64,000 nt of DNA from positions 33,420,001 to 33,484,000 of the forward strand of contig CM059432.1 of assembly GCA_030390025.1 (NCBI GenBank), read 5' to 3'. The notes beneath the pieces were generated by a model that had not been told where the DNA came from, did no database searches, and saw nothing but the letters and a program-made list of their open reading frames with translations. Positions 58,916 to 64,000 of this stretch are shown piece after piece (the stretch's first letter is position 1; every line of letters begins with the position of its first letter). A program made the position numbers and the translations under genes. Source of the DNA: Squalus acanthias. Lineage: Eukaryota.

Positions 58916-59559
58916 ATTTCAAATAAAACTGTTGGACTATAACCTGGTGTTGTACGACTTCTCATGATTATACTGGTCTACCCACAGTATGCTTCATATA
59001 GAGAATACTGACTAGTTGTCATTAAATTACAAAGCAATCATCCAATTGAGGGCTACAGATAACGTAAGAGTGAGATTTATGGACGTGCCTCTGTGTTATA
59101 TGACACCTCCAACTGGATCATATTCAATGAAATTGACAGACATCCAACCGGTGTTATTAACTTAATCTTGTTAGAACTGTAACAAATGAAGATTGAAGCA
59201 TCGATGTTCAATATCTCTGACATCTACATTAAAGCAAAGCCACATGATCAAGGGGACCACGGGACATTAAATTAATGACAAAGGACCCCATGGAGTCCCA
59301 GATTAATTTCAGTGCTGAAATAGACAAATGTCTCTTATTAAATAATTAGCAACAGCCAGTTAGTATTCTCTATATAGTGTACACTGTACATGGACTAGAG
59401 TGAATAATATAGTTCATATTAGATCTCTTGTGGTATTACTTATACATAATCTGGGGGCTAGCGCATGCTTGTTAATGCTAACCTGGCCAGTGCTCTTACT
59501 AGGCAAGAGCATGTGAATATAAGTGGCAGGCTGAAATTTACAAAATAGTCATAACTGCC

Positions 59560-59890
59560 TGCTGCGAGGCTCTTGGATACTTTATATAAATGCAAGTTCT
59601 TTTTTCTTGACAGGTACTGACACCTGACCCAGTTGGCCATTCTTTATGTGTGACCCTCGCCTGTGAGTGCTGGCAGGCTATTCAACTATGAAGGCATTGC
59701 AGGCAAGTCTCCTCCTGTCTCTGGGGGAGTCATTGGATACTGATCAGGAATGTGAATGCTGAATGATTTCTCCTCTCCCGTGCCCAGAGATGATGATCTA
59801 AACACTAGTATCCCCACCCCTGGCTGACTTGGCACAGGTCAGGGATCGAACCTGGCACCTTCCTGGTCTGTATAGCTCAGCACCTCACTG
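59560..59890 (-). mobile_element. Old tRNA-derived SINE of a third family (related pieces near 41865-41990 and 60420-60580)
   Basis: Minus-strand B-box-like ggttcgatccc and shared ctgctcctgat...cagtga motif. Confidence 0.45.
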
Positions 59891-60829
59891 GAAATGCCAC
59901 AATTGACGCAGTGAGGAAAAGGACATAAGGTAGTTTCAACTCATTGGACCAAATTACACAGCAAGGAAAGGCCTAGAGCACACAGGCTCAATTAAACACA
60001 CAAAATCAAATCTTGTTTTGAAGCTTGGTAGACAAAAATGCTTTATTTTCCACACTTTGTGCTTGAAACTGTTCTGTGCTCCTCTCAGGTCACTTAAACA
60101 AAATCACTAGCTGCTATGTTAGGACTTTTTAATCAGCTGGCCTACCTGTCAGGCTTCTGAAAGCAGGGGTGTCCTTTCACTCTGTTTGTTTCTTCTCCTC
60201 CCCCTCCCCCCTTTCTCTTATCGCAAGCTTATCTGGGACCTTTCACTTCGATCTCTGCCGCTATCTAAGCTCTGATTGGAGTTTACAATAGGGTCAAGGC
60301 TCATAGTGAGACTGGATTTAATGAATTGCACAAACAGAGGCCGCCACTCAAATAAACATAAAGACCAATTAATCAGCTGGATTTAATATTGCAGTGTAAT
60401 TGGCCTCTCTTAAAGGTATAGCCTGGCTCCCTGGACAGTTGATTGTGGCGCTGAGTCCTACATACCAGGTCCCAGGTTCCATTTCCCTCATCTGTGCTGA
60501 GATAGCTAACCTCAGACAGGTCTCGGGAGCAGGAAAAATGTATCCAGCTACTGCTCCTGATTGCTACTCAGTGACCTCGAACCTGTCCTCCAGGGCCAGG
60601 ATAATCTTTATCAGACAAGGAGCCCAAAACTGAATGCAATATTCTGAATAAGGCCTGACCAGTGCCCCATGTAACTGTAGTGCCACTTTCATTGTTTTTA
60701 TATTTTATAACCTAAAAATCACTGGCAATATTAGTGGACGGAAATTTAATGCATTGTTTGCCATTCCACTGTCCTCTATTTAACAGCCTTTAACCAGTTT
60801 ATTGCAATCAGATTAACATCTCTTTAAAA

Positions 60830-62466
60830 GATGAGGACAGTCGGGATAAAAGCAGCATGGATACAAAATTGGCTAAAGGATAGAAAATGGAGAGTTGTGG
60901 TGAATGGCTGTTTTTTCGACTGGAGGGAGGTATACAGTGGCGTTCTCCAAGGTTCATCACTAGGACCACTGCTGTTTTTGTATACATTAATGACTTGGAC
61001 TTGGGGGTACAGAGCACAATTTTGAAATTTGCAGATGACACAAAACTTGGAAGTGTAGTAAACAGTGAGGAAGATAGTAATAGACTTCAAGAATTGATAG
61101 CCTGGTGGAGTGGGTGGACACATGGCAGATGAAATTCAAAGCAGGGAAGTGTGAGTTGATACATTTTAGTCGGAAGAATGAGGAGAGACCATACAAGCTA
61201 AATAGAAACATAGAAAAATAGGAGCAGGAGTAGGCCATTCGGCCCTTCGAGCCTGCTCCGCCATTCAATATGATCATGGCTGATCCTCTATCTCAATACC
61301 ATATTCCCGCGCTCTCCCCTTGATGCCTTTTGTGTCTAGAAATCTATCTATCTCCTTCTTAAATATATTCAGTGACTTGGCCTCCACAGCCTTCTGTGGT
61401 AGAGAATTCCACAGGTTCACCACCCTCTGAGTGAAGAAATTTCTCCTCATCTCAGTCCTAAATGTCCTACCCCGTATCCTGAGACTGTGACCCCTCGTTC
61501 TAGACCCCCCAGCCAGGGGAAACATCCTCCCTGCATTCAGTCTGTCTAGCCCTGTCAGAATCCTATACATTTCAATGAGATCCCCTCTCATTCTTCTAAA
61601 CTCTAGTGAATACAGGCCTAGTCGACCCAATCTCTCCTCATACGACAGTCCTGCCATCCCAGGAATCAGTCTGGTGAACCTTCGCTGCACTCCCTCTATG
61701 GCAAGTATATCCTTTCTTAGGTAAGGAGACCAAAACTGCACACAGTACTCCAGGTGTGGTCTCACCAAGGCCCTGTATAACTGTAGTAAGACATCCTTGC
61801 TCCTGTACTCAAATCCTCTTGCAATGAAGGCAAACATACCATTTGCCTTCCTAACTGCTTGCTGCACCTGCATGTTTGCTTTCAGTGACTGGTGTACAAG
61901 GACACCCAGGTCCCTTTGTACATCAGCATTTCCCAATCTAGCACCATTTAAATAATACTCTACCTTTCTGTTTTTCCTACCGAAGTGGATAACTTCACAT
62001 TTATTCACGTTATACTGCATCTGCCATGTATTTGCCCACTCACTCAACTTGTCTAAATCGCCTTGAAGCCTCTTTGCATTCTCCTCACAACTCACAATCC
62101 CACCTAGTTTTGTGTAGTCAGCAAACTTGGAAATGGTACAATTTTAAAGGAGGTGCAAGAACAGAGAGACCTGGGGGCATTTGTGCACAAATTTTTAAAG
62201 GTGGCAGGACAGGGTAACAAAGCAGTTAATAAAGCATACAGGATCCTGGGCTTTATAAATAAACGCATAGAGTACAAAAGCCAGGAAGCTATGCTAAACC
62301 TATATAAAACATTAGTTCGGCCCCAGCTGGAGTATTGTGTCCAATTCTAGGCACCACACTTTAGGAAGGACGTGAAGGCTTTGGAGAGGGTACAGAAGAG
62401 ATTTACTAGAATGGTTCCAGGGATGAGGGAATACAGTTAAGTTGGCAGATTAGAGAAACTGGGGTA
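60830..62466 (+). mobile_element. CR1 fragment with a nested antisense CR1 (about 61202-62130)
   Basis: Outer LKFADDTK and RPQLEYCVQF; inner minus ORF 61274-62095 with CR1 RT C-terminus and tail. Confidence 0.92.
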
Positions 62467-64000
62467 CATAAGAACATAACAAATAGGAGCAGGAGTAGAC
62501 CATATGGCCCCTCGAGCCTGCTCCGCCATTCAATAAGATCATGGCTGATCATCGACCTCAACTCTACTTTCCCACCCGATCTCCATGTCCCTTGATTCCC
62601 CTAGTGTTCAAAAATCTATCTATCTCAGCCTTGAATATACTCAAAGACTCAACATTCACAGCCCTCTGGAGCAGAGAATTCCAAAGATTCACAACCCTCT
62701 GAGTGAAGAAATTCCTCCTCATCTCGGTCTTAAATGGCCTACCCCTTATCCTGAGACTATGCCCCTAGTTCTAGACACTTCAGCCAGGGGAAACATAGAA
62801 ACATAGAAGTTAGGAGCAGGAGTAGGCCATTCGCCCCCTCGAGCCTGCTCCGCCATTCGATGAGATCATGGCTGATCATCCAAACTCAGTACCCTGTACC
62901 TGCCTTCTCCCCATATCCCTTGATACTTTTAGCTTTAAGAAATATATCTAACTCATTCTTGAATATATTTAATGACTTGGCCTCAACTACCTTCTGTGGT
63001 AGAGAATTCCACAGGTTCACCACTCTCTGGGTGAAGAAATTCTTCCTCATTTCTGTCCTAAATGGCTTACCCCTTATCCTTAGATTATGACCCCTGGTTC
63101 TGGACTCTCCGACCATCGGGAACATTCTTCCTGCATCTAGTTTGTCCAGACCTGTCAGAATTTTATATGTTTCGATGAGATCCCCTCTCATTCTTCTATA
63201 CTCCAGCGAGTATAAGCCCAATCGACCCAATCTCTCCCTATATGTCATTCCTGCCATCCCAGGTATCAGCCTGGTGAATCTTCGCTGAACTCCTTCCATG
63301 GCAAGAACATCCTTCCTCAGATAAGGCGACCAAAACTGCACACAGTACTCAAGGTGTGGTCTCACCAAGGCCCTGTACAACTGCAGCAGGACATCCCTGT
63401 TCCTATACTCAAACCCTTTCGCTATGAAGGCCAACATACCATTTGCCTTCTTAACCGCCTGCTGCACCTGCTTGCTTACCTTCAGCGACTGGTGCACAAG
63501 GACACCCAGGTCTCGTTGCACTTCCCCTTCTCCCAATCTATTGCCATTCAGATAATAGTCTGCCTTTCTGTTTTTGACACCAAAGTGGATAACCTCGAAA
63601 CAACCTCTCAGCATCTACCCTGTCAATCCCCTTCAGAATCTTGCATGTTTCAATGAGATCACCTCTCATTCTTCTAAACTCCAGAGAGTATAGGCCCATT
63701 ATACACAATCTCTCATCATAGGACAGCCCTCTCATCCCAGGAATCAATCTAGTGAACCTTTGTTGCACCGCCTCCAAGGCAAGTATATCCTTCCTTAGAT
63801 AAGGAGACCAAAACTGTGCACGGTTCTCCAGGTGTGGTCTCACCAAGGCCCTGTACAATTGTAGCAAGACTTCCTTACTCTTATACTCCAACCCCCTTGC
63901 AATAAAGGCCAACATGTCATTTGCCTTCCTTACTGCTTGCTGTACCTGCATGCTAGCTTTCTGTGTTTCTTGCACGAGGACACCCAAATCTCTCTGAACA
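62467..64000 (-). mobile_element. Antisense CR1 (62467-62790, 63597-64000) containing a further CR1 (about 62791-63596)
   Basis: Two separate 3' tails (62467, 62791) and two sets of RPHLE...RRMRGDLIET motifs. Confidence 0.92.

Larger units (their letters stand above)
56698..58963 (+). mobile_element. Penelope-like retroelement (probably Neptune type), 5'-truncated, RT plus GIY-YIG
   Basis: Perfect 15-bp TSD atgattatactggtc (56683-56697, 58964-58978); RT, Cys linker and GIY-YIG coding sequence; aataaa at 58922. Confidence 0.95.

Overview
Eukaryotic, repeat-dominated DNA. The repeat content (Deu-domain tRNA-SINEs with L2-like tails, abundant CR1 and L2 LINEs, Penelope-like elements, RTE, Harbinger) points to a vertebrate, most likely a cartilaginous fish; this is inference. 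I could not identify a host protein-coding gene, so the window reads as a large intron or gene desert with a few unique AT-rich islands that may be enhancers. The main features are four two-gene PIF/Harbinger transposons, each with a DDE transposase and a convergent 3-exon Myb/SANT gene. One copy (23560-27959) is close to intact and is nested in the end of another. Several related MITEs are present. These elements seem to prefer a GANTC-TAT-GA target that matches the CR1 3'-tail octamer. They also share a CRE plus TATTTAAA promoter module at near-fixed spacing, and two copies independently expanded tandem arrays at the same intron site. Penelope-like elements carry minimal hammerhead ribozyme motifs and clear TSDs. 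Boundaries of old repeats are approximate, and family names come from motif recognition, not database searches.
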